A DNA stretch of 64,000 bases, from the NCBI GenBank assembly GCA_964620475.1, contig CAZUJN010000003.1, positions 5,647 to 69,646 of the forward strand, in the 5' to 3' direction. The translations under genes and the position numbers were made by a program. The stretch comes from an uncultured Candidatus Saccharibacteria bacterium. GTDB lineage: Bacteria > Patescibacteriota > Minisyncoccia > Phycocordibacterales > CAIZLB01. Under the pieces are notes generated by a model, which was not told where the DNA came from, ran no database searches, and saw only the letters and a list, made by a program, of their open reading frames with translations. This document shows positions 49,471 through 58,419 of the stretch, one piece after another. Every line of letters starts with the position of its first letter. Within the stretch, counting starts at the first letter, position 1.

Positions 49471-49593
49471 TTACCCTTGTTTTGCATTTCTCTTACGGTT
49501 AGCTTTATTAATACGATATAGATGCTTTCCACGACGTACGATAAATTCACCTTGACGAAGATCTTGTTTTTTAAGTGATGATACTAATTTCAT
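49471..49593 (-). CDS. rpmJ: 50S ribosomal protein L36, zinc-free (C-) type (not in ORF track)
   Basis: MKLVSSLKKQDLRQGEFIVRRGKHLYRINKANRKRNAKQG*. Confidence 0.88.
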   Translation of the reverse strand: MKLVSSLKKQDLRQGEFIVRRGKHLYRINKANRKRNAKQG

Positions 49594-49632
49594 AATACAT
49601 AGAATATAACATTAATCATCACTTATTACAAG

Positions 49633-50085
49633 TTATCTGGTAACAGATATGTTGCCCTGTATTTCACCTATAGCAGACACTGTTAAGCGACCGTTATTAA
49701 TGACTAGGTTATACCCAGTATTATAATCGTCTTCACTATTATAATAAGTATTATTACCTTTTGGATCATATGGTAACTTAGATATATAATCCGGCACTAA
49801 ACATGAAGATATATCTTGACCCGTAGAGCTGATAACCTCTAAGACCCCTTCAGTTAAAGTCTTAACTGATCCATCACAAAATAGGTTACCCTCATGATCT
49901 GCTATATTCTGACCCAATGCATTTAATATGGTGTTAACATTAGCAACACGCTGTGAATCCCTAGCTTGTTTAAACTGCCTATTAGGATTGACGGCCACCA
50001 AAACAACAGTGGCCAATATCCCTATAATACCTATAACCACTAATATCTCTATAAGGGTAAACCCTTTATTTTTTTGTATTTTCAT
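49633..50085 (-). CDS. Type IV pilin-like protein
   Basis: KGFTLIEILVVIGIIGIL class III signal, ARDSQR and LPYDP. Confidence 0.9.
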   Translation of the reverse strand: MKIQKNKGFTLIEILVVIGIIGILATVVLVAVNPNRQFKQARDSQRVANVNTILNALGQNIADHEGNLFCDGSVKTLTEGVLEVISSTGQDISSCLVPDYISKLPYDPKGNNTYYNSEDDYNTGYNLVINNGRLTVSAIGEIQGNISVTR

Positions 50086-50138
50086 ATGTTTATTTTTGTT
50101 TAAATTATTGATAATACATGTATCTTATAAAAAACACA

Positions 50139-50549
50139 TTAAATTAATTCCCAAGGTTTTTTAAAGTCCAAAAAACCGTTTTTAAACTGATATTTAAATA
50201 ATCTATGATCAATCTTAAAATCAACTTCGTGAATATTTATACCTTCATAAAAATATTTGATATCTGAAATATGACAAATATAATCGTCTTGAAAATCAAA
50301 ATTCCTATTAAAACTATAGCTATTATTAATAAAATCTATATTAAAATCAGATTTTATTAGATTATTCATAAAAACATCAGCACATATAGAAAGATTTTGT
50401 ACATATGATCTATTTTTATAAAAATCCTTTTTTACATCTATATAATTAAATACCCTCTCAGAGCTAAGATATGTATAAAATATTAAAGTTATAGATATAC
50501 TCAATATTAAAAATAAAGCTATAAAACCATCCTGTTTAACTTTCTTCAT
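50139..50549 (-). CDS. Hypothetical protein with PilX-like N-terminus
   Basis: QDGFIALFLILSISITL. Confidence 0.55.
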   Translation of the reverse strand: MKKVKQDGFIALFLILSISITLIFYTYLSSERVFNYIDVKKDFYKNRSYVQNLSICADVFMNNLIKSDFNIDFINNSYSFNRNFDFQDDYICHISDIKYFYEGINIHEVDFKIDHRLFKYQFKNGFLDFKKPWELI

Positions 50550-50671
50550 ACAATTTAAGTTAACATATTGATTTTAAATTCTTTATTAAGAAAGAATAAA
50601 ATTTTCATAAAGTTAATAATGCTATTGATTTATTAATCAAAAAATAGTATATTATATCTCATACAAACATT

Positions 50672-50744
50672 GGGCCCGTAGCTTAGTTGGTAGAGCGCCT
50701 CATTTGCACTGAGGAGGTCAGGAGTTCGAATCCCCTCGGGTCCA
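50672..50744 (+). tRNA. tRNA-Ala(TGC)
   Basis: Cloverleaf, tt-TGC-ac loop, G3:U70 pair. Confidence 0.95.
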
Positions 50745-50770
50745 CTAGCCTTATTGAGATTTGGTATTAA

Positions 50771-50843
50771 CCGCCTATAGCTCAGTCGGTAGAGCAGTCG
50801 CCTCTTAAGCGAACGGTCATAGGTTCGAATCCTATTAGGCGGA
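50771..50843 (+). tRNA. tRNA-Lys(CTT)
   Basis: ccgccta/taggcgg acceptor stem, ct-CTT-aa loop, ggttcgaat. Confidence 0.93.
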
Positions 50844-50858
50844 CAAGATTGAAAAAAT

Positions 50859-50943
50859 GGGCAAGTGGCGGAATTGGTATACGCGCTAGTCTTAGGAACT
50901 AGTTCTTCACGGATTGAGGGTTCGAGTCCCTCCTTGCCCACCA
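50859..50943 (+). tRNA. tRNA-Leu(TAG)
   Basis: Long variable arm, ct-TAG-ga loop, encoded CCA. Confidence 0.95.
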
Positions 50944-51080
50944 GAACATAAAACACCAGATACATAGTATTTGGTGTTTTATGCTTCTTGGCGAGGTGGG
51001 ACGAGAAAGACGGAGCCGGTTTACAGTCTGGAGACTGTCGACGAAAATAAAAGACCTTTTAAAAGGTCTTTTATTTTTAA

Positions 51081-51494
51081 TTATAGTCCGAAATGCGGCA
51101 CATCTACACCTTTCGTATCTATTTGTGTACCCCGCTCAATTAATATAAGATATTTTTCTCTACTTTTATTTTCGTTGGGAAAAAACCACATTGGATGACT
51201 GGAGTGAGCATAAAACTGACATAAACTATCCTTGCCCGCAGCTTCATGTTCATTCACCCAGTAACTTTTATGATCCTTAAATAAATTTCTGTTTTTAAAA
51301 TATATAGAATAAATCTCTGGCAAAGTTAATAATCTATATCCAGGAAACATATGTAATTTATCCAAAATATGACTTGATTCTATTGGTTCGTCAAAAACCT
51401 TTAGATAGTCCAAGCTTTCTAAACCTATTTCATCTTCTCTTTCATTTGTTATATCAAAAGGCATCATACCTTCTTCCATGTTTTCCATATTCAT
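51081..51494 (-). CDS. Hypothetical protein
   Basis: Open frame; start re-assigned to MNMENM just after TATAAT. Confidence 0.6.
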   Translation of the reverse strand: MNMENMEEGMMPFDITNEREDEIGLESLDYLKVFDEPIESSHILDKLHMFPGYRLLTLPEIYSIYFKNRNLFKDHKSYWVNEHEAAGKDSLCQFYAHSSHPMWFFPNENKSREKYLILIERGTQIDTKGVDVPHFGL

Positions 51495-51627
51495 ATATAT
51501 ATTATATACGTTTTTTGAGAAAAATGTAGATATTATACTTGACTTTATCTTATATATATGATATACTATATACATAAAATCTGGCTATAAAGAAAAGCCG
51601 GAAGAAACTTTAACCAAACAAAACATA

Positions 51628-52395
51628 ATGAGACGCTTCATTATACCTACTATCTATCACCTTGTCCTTTTCGGAACCCTGCTGTTGCTGTGTCTGTGGC
51701 TGGACCAATTCACCCTGATGCTCAAAGGAGGACCATTCAATGTCCTCGGACGCATCGGATGGATCATCAGGTTCATCCTGTGGACATCACTTGTCGTCAC
51801 ACTGATCTTCTCGGTGGCACAAGAGTTCCCTGTACACAGACTCCGTACTGTGTGTGCCTGGTGTTTCTCCATCTTGGCCACGCTCTGCATTGGCTGGGAA
51901 TTAAAGCTGACCCCCTCATCGGGATCAGGAAGTTCCGGTACAGGTGATGGTTCGAACATCACTACCGGATACAGCTTCCCCGGCTGGCAGCCTGCAGGCA
52001 TGTCAACTGAAGGATGGCAATGGTTTAAACCCAACGCTGTCGATCAGGCGACGTCCGAAGTGGACATCACCCGTAAAGTGGTAACATATCGTATCTGGAA
52101 CGATGCGGTGTGGGAACTCAGGTTGAAAGACGGGTCAACTATATCCCTCTTCAACAAGGCTGATGAACGTACAAAGTTCAAGGCCGGTCCCGAGGGGTTT
52201 TCCAAAACCCCTATGACAGATCAAGAGTTCAAGGACTTGATAAATAACCAAGCGGTGGCAATCAAGTTCAAACCCTTGCCGGGTAAAACCCTCGACATGA
52301 AGATCGGGGTCAGGGATACAAAATGCCCTGATAGACGGAATAGGAGTGCCGTCAACGTCAAGACTCCTAAAAAGCCGCGACCTTATCACAGGTAG
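51628..52395 (+). CDS. Orphan membrane-anchored protein in a GC-richer single-gene unit
   Basis: Three N-terminal TMs, G/S linker, soluble domain; TTGACT(51539)-17-TATACT promoter; terminator gccgc..gcggc plus T7 overlapping the stop. Confidence 0.75.
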   Translation: MRRFIIPTIYHLVLFGTLLLLCLWLDQFTLMLKGGPFNVLGRIGWIIRFILWTSLVVTLIFSVAQEFPVHRLRTVCAWCFSILATLCIGWELKLTPSSGSGSSGTGDGSNITTGYSFPGWQPAGMSTEGWQWFKPNAVDQATSEVDITRKVVTYRIWNDAVWELRLKDGSTISLFNKADERTKFKAGPEGFSKTPMTDQEFKDLINNQAVAIKFKPLPGKTLDMKIGVRDTKCPDRRNRSAVNVKTPKKPRPYHR

Positions 52396-52409
52396 CGGCA
52401 TTTTTTTAT

Positions 52410-52706
52410 TTAATTATTTATATCGATAACCCTCTCAACATTTGTTTTAGTTCTCTCACCTGCTGGAACTGTGTTTAACAAAAACCTAAATATCCCGAAA
52501 ACCGAAATCATAATAAACATACCAACTATACCCCAAAGCATATGATTAGTACCTGTTTTTATTTGCTGAGGATTTGATCTAGATTTCCATATATATTCAA
52601 AGACACCATAAAGAAATACAACTAACGCAACACCGAAAGCTAATAATATCAGCGGATTTATTATTATAGTATTTATGTTTGATAATATTTGATAGACTTT
52701 TTGCAT
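52410..52706 (-). CDS. TrbC/VirB2-like pilin
   Basis: VFLYGVFEYI and MLWGIVGMFIMISVFGI two-TM pattern. Confidence 0.75.
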   Translation of the reverse strand: MQKVYQILSNINTIIINPLILLAFGVALVVFLYGVFEYIWKSRSNPQQIKTGTNHMLWGIVGMFIMISVFGIFRFLLNTVPAGERTKTNVERVIDINN

Positions 52707-52770
52707 AAATATAATTATATAATAAAAAAAACCCTGAAGCCATAAGATCTCAGGATTTTTTTAAATTTAT

Positions 52771-53154
52771 CTAGCCTTGTCTAGGTAGAGATGGAGAAGA
52801 TGGGATGTTTGAATTATCTAAGTTAAAAGTATTTCTCAATAAATTAACCAAGCCCCAAACTGATACCATAACGAATAGTGCTACTATACCCCATAGTATG
52901 AATTTACCAGCTTCACCTCTATCACCTCCGCCCCAGAAGAATCTTTTAACGATACCATATAGGAATAATACCAATGCTAATATTATCAATATAGGTATAA
53001 CAGTTGAAGATAATGTCACTATCCAACCTAAGAAGTTACCCACTGATCTACCAGCAGCATTTGTTTGATCATCTAGACCACCTGGCATAGGAGCCCCAGC
53101 AGCTAAAACTAAACCTGGTGCAAATGTTACTAATAATGATAGAATTTTTTTCAT
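52771..53154 (-). CDS. TrbC/VirB2-like pilin
   Basis: Signal peptide, LFLYGIVK and ILWGIVALFVMVSVWGLV. Confidence 0.8.
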   Translation of the reverse strand: MKKILSLLVTFAPGLVLAAGAPMPGGLDDQTNAAGRSVGNFLGWIVTLSSTVIPILIILALVLFLYGIVKRFFWGGGDRGEAGKFILWGIVALFVMVSVWGLVNLLRNTFNLDNSNIPSSPSLPRQG

Positions 53155-53203
53155 ATTTGTAATTTTATGATTTTTATTAATTTATAATTATATTTATATT
53201 ATA

Positions 53204-53740
53204 CTATTTTAATTGTGGAATAGTCAAAGGACTTCCATTAAAAAATGTATTTTGTAAAAATTGAACCAGACCCCAAACTGATACCATAACGAATAGTGCT
53301 ACTATACCCCAAAACATAAACTTTCTGGCTTGCTCTCTAGCTTCTGGCTTTTGACCATCCACAAAAGCTAATTTGAAAACCCCAAACAAAAATACAACGA
53401 GGGAGGCACTAATGATCAAATATATGACATTTGTCATTAAACCAGTTGTCCAATCTACAAAACCCGCTAAAGATAATTTAGGTACACCTATATCACTTTT
53501 CCAATTATTTGAGTTATTATTACCAGAACCAGGAAAACCCGATCCTGAACCAGAACCTGATTGATTTGATGTACCCTGATTACCACTTTGATTCGAAGTA
53601 CCTTGATTGCCTGATTGATCGGAAGTGCCTTGATCTTGTGTACTTGAATTAAGACCTGAACCTGTTGCTGTTGTAGCAGCATTAACATTAAAACCAACCA
53701 TGGCTGTTAATATTAATGTTGATATTATAATTTTTTTCAT
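53204..53740 (-). CDS. TrbC/VirB2-like pilin with N-terminal low-complexity repeats
   Basis: Three (N/D)QGTS(N/D)QSG units then FMFWGIVALFVMVSVWGLV. Confidence 0.8.
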   Translation of the reverse strand: MKKIIISTLILTAMVGFNVNAATTATGSGLNSSTQDQGTSDQSGNQGTSNQSGNQGTSNQSGSGSGSGFPGSGNNNSNNWKSDIGVPKLSLAGFVDWTTGLMTNVIYLIISASLVVFLFGVFKLAFVDGQKPEAREQARKFMFWGIVALFVMVSVWGLVQFLQNTFFNGSPLTIPQLK

Positions 53741-53756
53741 ATTTTATATTTTTATT

Positions 53757-54113
53757 TTAATTACCTTTAAATACTTCTTTAACGGTATCACCTATACCAT
53801 AAGCTATAACTTCAGCACATAACACAAGTGCAGCACCTATCATACCCCAAAATAGTGCATTTCTAGCTTTCTTAATCTTTTCAGGATCACCTCTAGCTAT
53901 CACAAACATAAGACCAGCATACATAAGATATAGAACAGTGATCATTATAACTATAGTCTGTGCTATATCCACAACATTCATAAATATAGTCTTAAGATCT
54001 GAACCTTCAGCACCTTGACCAAGCGGTGATGTTAAACCAGTAGATGTATTAGTTGCAGCTAAAACAAGTGTTGGTATTATTGATAATATTATTGCTGTAA
54101 TTTTTTTCTTCAT
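53757..54113 (-). CDS. TrbC/VirB2-like pilin
   Basis: YAGLMFVIARGDPEKIKKARNALFWGMIG. Confidence 0.85.
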   Translation of the reverse strand: MKKKITAIILSIIPTLVLAATNTSTGLTSPLGQGAEGSDLKTIFMNVVDIAQTIVIMITVLYLMYAGLMFVIARGDPEKIKKARNALFWGMIGAALVLCAEVIAYGIGDTVKEVFKGN

Positions 54114-54122
54114 ATATTTATT

Positions 54123-54482
54123 TTATCTTTTTGGTAATGCACCTTGTCTAAATTCATCAGTTACATTTAACACATTTAATGCAAAATCTACTATATAATA
54201 TGAACCTACTAATAATATCAATCCGATTATTATACCGAAAAATATTCTTTTGGCTTTACTACGAGAATCAGCAGAGCCCTGACCTGTAACTAAAACATAT
54301 CCTGCATAAAATATCATGATAATAGCTATGAAAACACCTAACAACAAAAGGTTTTGTAATATTTCATTTATAATAGGACCCACCTCTTTCCAACCACAAC
54401 CTCCTTTTAATAATATCTCTTTTCTTTGAGCATCGTTGGTTGCGTTACCAAAACATAAACTTAAGCTTTCGAATAATTGCAT
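54123..54482 (-). CDS. TrbC/VirB2-like pilin
   Basis: YAGYVLVTGQGSADSRSKAKRIFFGIIIG. Confidence 0.8.
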   Translation of the reverse strand: MQLFESLSLCFGNATNDAQRKEILLKGGCGWKEVGPIINEILQNLLLLGVFIAIIMIFYAGYVLVTGQGSADSRSKAKRIFFGIIIGLILLVGSYYIVDFALNVLNVTDEFRQGALPKR

Positions 54483-54491
54483 ATACTTATT

Positions 54492-55823
54492 TTATCTGAT
54501 ATTAAATGCTCTGTCTAATCTATCTGATGCATCTATAATTGAATCTGTTATATTTTGAGTTCCTGATACTATAGAAAATATCATTTTTGATAATATATCA
54601 TCTGTAGTTTTATAATCTGGGTCTAACCATGTCTTAGCAAATATAGCTGAATTATTTATAACAGCTATATCAGCATTTGATTTAGCATCTTTTGATGTTG
54701 ATAACACATCACGTCTAGTAGAAGCTAACCCTAAAGCACTAGATAGATATTGATTGAATTGGTAATTACCGAAGAAAGTCATCACATTTTGATATGTTGC
54801 ATTTGGATTTTTGGATGTTATCAAAAAACCCATAGCATACACCTTACCTTTGGTTACTTTCTTATTATCATAAGCCTGAGGAATAGGTGCTATAGCAAAA
54901 TTTAGATTTGGATTACGTGTTCTAATATATTCAATCTCAGAACCTGGACCAAAATAAGTTGCAAGATCGCCTGACAAGAAAGATTCTCTCGATGATTTAA
55001 AAGATTTATTCCATGTGTATGATGATTTAGTTGGATTAGCAAATTCAGTATAATACAACAAAACATCTCTACTTAACTTACTTGCTGATTCTGAATTTGA
55101 TGTATTTTGAGATCTATTCAAACCAGATTGATATGTGGCAACATTTGCATCATATTGACTAAGATTAACACCCACCTGAGATAACATTGCAAAAATTATA
55201 TCTTTGGCATGATTTATATTGTCATATTCACCTAAAGCGGCGTAGGCCTTATCTATTATTCCATTATCTCTTCTTCTTACAACTTTTTCTGTTAAATTTG
55301 CAAATTCTGTCCAATCTTTTGGGGGTGTTAGAACATTTTCTGATGTAAACATATCTATGTTGTAATACATCACGAGTGGATCTATTATTAGAGGAAAGGC
55401 CTTTACACCATCTTGTACGGTAAATATATTGCCTATATCTAAATATGTTGACCTAAAAGATTCTGCTGAAACAGTGTCATTTGGTATAGTTAACAATCTT
55501 TTCATTTGACTATAATACATATAATCAGGAAATATTATTGCATCAGGTCCTTTACCTTCTGCTATGGCCTTAAGTAATACATTTTCGAATCCTTCTTCAG
55601 GGTATTCTACATATGTAAATGAAGGATCTTTACCTTGTATTCTAAAAGGTTGTAATGCTTCATCTATACTAGACTGAGGTAAGACACCCCAGATAACAGC
55701 CTGATATGAAGCTGATCCTTGTTTAACTTTACCTGTAGCAAAGAAAGCTATACCAATAATACCCATGACTAAGAACACAGCGATCAATACTATCTGAAAT
55801 ATATTTAGATCTTTACTAGTCAT
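54492..55823 (-). CDS. Membrane-anchored extracellular solute-binding protein (family 1-like)
   Basis: AEGKGPD, PLIIDPLVMYYNIDMF, PPKDWTEF and NPNLNFAIAPIPQ. Confidence 0.85.
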   Translation of the reverse strand: MTSKDLNIFQIVLIAVFLVMGIIGIAFFATGKVKQGSASYQAVIWGVLPQSSIDEALQPFRIQGKDPSFTYVEYPEEGFENVLLKAIAEGKGPDAIIFPDYMYYSQMKRLLTIPNDTVSAESFRSTYLDIGNIFTVQDGVKAFPLIIDPLVMYYNIDMFTSENVLTPPKDWTEFANLTEKVVRRRDNGIIDKAYAALGEYDNINHAKDIIFAMLSQVGVNLSQYDANVATYQSGLNRSQNTSNSESASKLSRDVLLYYTEFANPTKSSYTWNKSFKSSRESFLSGDLATYFGPGSEIEYIRTRNPNLNFAIAPIPQAYDNKKVTKGKVYAMGFLITSKNPNATYQNVMTFFGNYQFNQYLSSALGLASTRRDVLSTSKDAKSNADIAVINNSAIFAKTWLDPDYKTTDDILSKMIFSIVSGTQNITDSIIDASDRLDRAFNIR

Positions 55824-55866
55824 TTTATTTTTAAATTATATTTTTTATTTATTTTTATAATAGATA

Positions 55867-58353
55867 TTATACTCCTATTACTGACGCTAGACTATCTCCT
55901 TCACGTAATTTCATAACACGTACACCTTGTGTATCACGGCCAAGATTTGGAATCTCCTTCAATTCACATCTTATAACTTGACTCTTCTTACTTATAGCAA
56001 CTATCTCATCTATCTCCGGTGTCACAACTTGAGCTGCCATCAACTCACCTGTTTTATCTGTCACTTTAAATGTTTTTATTCCCGATCCTCCTCTTCCTTG
56101 TATTTTATATTCTGATAGAGAAGTTTTTTTACCATAACCATTTGCAGAAACAGTTAGAAGCTCTGCATCATCTTTTGAATCTGATCTAACTGGTATAGCA
56201 GCTACTATATTTACACCTTTATCAAGCTTCATAGCTCTTACGCCACCCGCTGCTCTACCCATCTCTCTAATCTCATCTATAGAGAATCTAATTGATTGTG
56301 CATCTGTTGCAACAAGTATCATAGAGTCTTTTCCACTTACAAATGAAGCTGATATTAAACCATCTCCATCATCAAGTGATATAGCTATAATTCCGCTTCT
56401 TCTAACATCTTTGAAACTATCTATAGCAACCCTTTTACCTGTACCCTGTCTTGTTATTAACATCAAAGATATATCATCACCTTTCTTAATCTCTTTTGGC
56501 ATAGGTAATATAGATGTAACTTTTTCATCTTGTGCCAATGATAAGAAGTTCATGATTGACTTACCGCGTGTAGCTCTCTTTCCTTCTGGAATATCATACA
56601 TCTTGATTTGATAGGCCTTACCTTTATCAGTAAAGAATAATAAATCGTTATGCATAGTTGCATATATAAGATGTGTTATAAAATCTTCCTCTTTTACATC
56701 AACATCAACAACACCCACTCCGCCTCTCTTTTGTTTTTTATATTCATCAGGATTTGTACGTTTTATATAACCACCAGCTGTTAACACAAGAACTGATTCA
56801 TTATCAGGAATAATATCTTCTACGCCGACGTTAGCAACACCACCTTTCACTATACGTGTACGTCTTTCATCACCAAACTTAGCTTTTATATCATTTAATT
56901 CATCTTTTATAATAGTTAATATTCTACCTGGGTTTTTCAATATATCTTTAAGGTCTTTTATAAGAGCTTGTATAGCTTTTAGTTCATCCTCAATCTTCTT
57001 TCTCTCAAGACCAGCAAGTCTTTGTAGTTTCATCTCCAATATAGCCGTTGCTTGTCTGTCTGAAAATTTGAATTCTTTCATTAAGTTTGCATGAGCTGTT
57101 GATGTGTCTTTACTCTTCTTTATAAGAGCAATAATCTCATCTATATGATCAAGAGCTTTTTTCAGACCAAGCAATATATGCTCTCTATCTTCAGCCTTTC
57201 TCAAGTCGAATTCTGTACGACGTCTAACAACAACTTTTCTATGGTCTATAAAGTTTTCAAGAGCTGATTTAAGAGAAAGTGTTTGCGGTACACCATCAAC
57301 AAGTGCAACTAAGTTGTAGTGGAAAGTTGATTCAAGTTGTGTGTGTTTATATAAATAATTCAAAATATTTTGTGGATATGTGCCACTTTTCAACTCTATA
57401 ACTATACGAACATCTGCAGTTGATTCATCCCTGATATCCTTTATACCTTCAACTTTTTTATCACGAACAAGATCAGCCATTGATTCTATCAATGATGATT
57501 TATTTACTCTATAAGGTATAGATGTGACAATAATCTTTGATTGACCAGCTTTTTCTTCCACTATCTCGGCTTCACCACGAACAACAACACCTCCACGACC
57601 ATGCATATAAGCATGTTCTATATCTTTCTGATTAAATGCTATAGCACCTGTAGGAAAATCTGGGCCTTTAACATATTGTAATAAATCCTGAATAGTAGCA
57701 TCCGGATTATCTATCATATGCACAGTTGCATCGACTATCTCACCCAAGTTATGCGGTGGAATATTTGTCGCCATACCCACAGCGATACCTAAAGTACCGT
57801 TCAATAAAAAGTTTGGTATTTGAGCAGGCAAAACGGTTGGTTCCTTTCTTTCACCGTTATATGTAGATTTGAAATCAACTGTATCTTTTTCTATATCAGC
57901 CAACATGGTCAAAGTCAGCTTATTCATCTTACACTCTGTATAACGATATGCCGCAGCTGAATAACCATCTATGTTACCAAAGTTACCTTGTGGCCAAACA
58001 AGAGGATATCTCATGTTAAAATCTTGTGCCATATTCACCATAGTTTGATAAATAGCCTGATCGCCATGAGGGTGATAATTACCCATAGTTTCTCCAACAA
58101 CAGTACCGGATTTTTTAAACTTACCTGTAGGCATCAAACCCATACGATTCATAACAAAAAGTATTCTTCTTTGTACAGGCTTCAAACCATCTCTCACATC
58201 AGGCAATGCACGGTCTGTAATAACACTCATAGCATAATCTATATATGCTTCCTGCATCTCTTCGACTATGTCTCTATCTATGATATTTTTATGTTCTAAA
58301 ACAACTTGATTCTCTTGATTATTTGAGTTTTCCTCTTTTTTTGACTTTGGCAT
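55867..58353 (-). CDS. gyrA: DNA gyrase subunit A
   Basis: RALPDVRDGLKPVQRR, YHPHGD, RYTE, GyrA-box QKRGGVG, pinwheel repeats. Confidence 0.97.
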   Translation of the reverse strand: MPKSKKEENSNNQENQVVLEHKNIIDRDIVEEMQEAYIDYAMSVITDRALPDVRDGLKPVQRRILFVMNRMGLMPTGKFKKSGTVVGETMGNYHPHGDQAIYQTMVNMAQDFNMRYPLVWPQGNFGNIDGYSAAAYRYTECKMNKLTLTMLADIEKDTVDFKSTYNGERKEPTVLPAQIPNFLLNGTLGIAVGMATNIPPHNLGEIVDATVHMIDNPDATIQDLLQYVKGPDFPTGAIAFNQKDIEHAYMHGRGGVVVRGEAEIVEEKAGQSKIIVTSIPYRVNKSSLIESMADLVRDKKVEGIKDIRDESTADVRIVIELKSGTYPQNILNYLYKHTQLESTFHYNLVALVDGVPQTLSLKSALENFIDHRKVVVRRRTEFDLRKAEDREHILLGLKKALDHIDEIIALIKKSKDTSTAHANLMKEFKFSDRQATAILEMKLQRLAGLERKKIEDELKAIQALIKDLKDILKNPGRILTIIKDELNDIKAKFGDERRTRIVKGGVANVGVEDIIPDNESVLVLTAGGYIKRTNPDEYKKQKRGGVGVVDVDVKEEDFITHLIYATMHNDLLFFTDKGKAYQIKMYDIPEGKRATRGKSIMNFLSLAQDEKVTSILPMPKEIKKGDDISLMLITRQGTGKRVAIDSFKDVRRSGIIAISLDDGDGLISASFVSGKDSMILVATDAQSIRFSIDEIREMGRAAGGVRAMKLDKGVNIVAAIPVRSDSKDDAELLTVSANGYGKKTSLSEYKIQGRGGSGIKTFKVTDKTGELMAAQVVTPEIDEIVAISKKSQVIRCELKEIPNLGRDTQGVRVMKLREGDSLASVIGV

Positions 58354-58419
58354 ATACCCGATATTATAGCATATTTTACATAGCTTTTAAAATAAAAATA
58401 TGCGATTATATTAGACAAC

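Noticed and set aside
50633-51198. ORFs 50633-50965 and 50971-51198, and 60992-61278
   Set aside because: They overlap tRNA genes or their trailers; shadow ORFs
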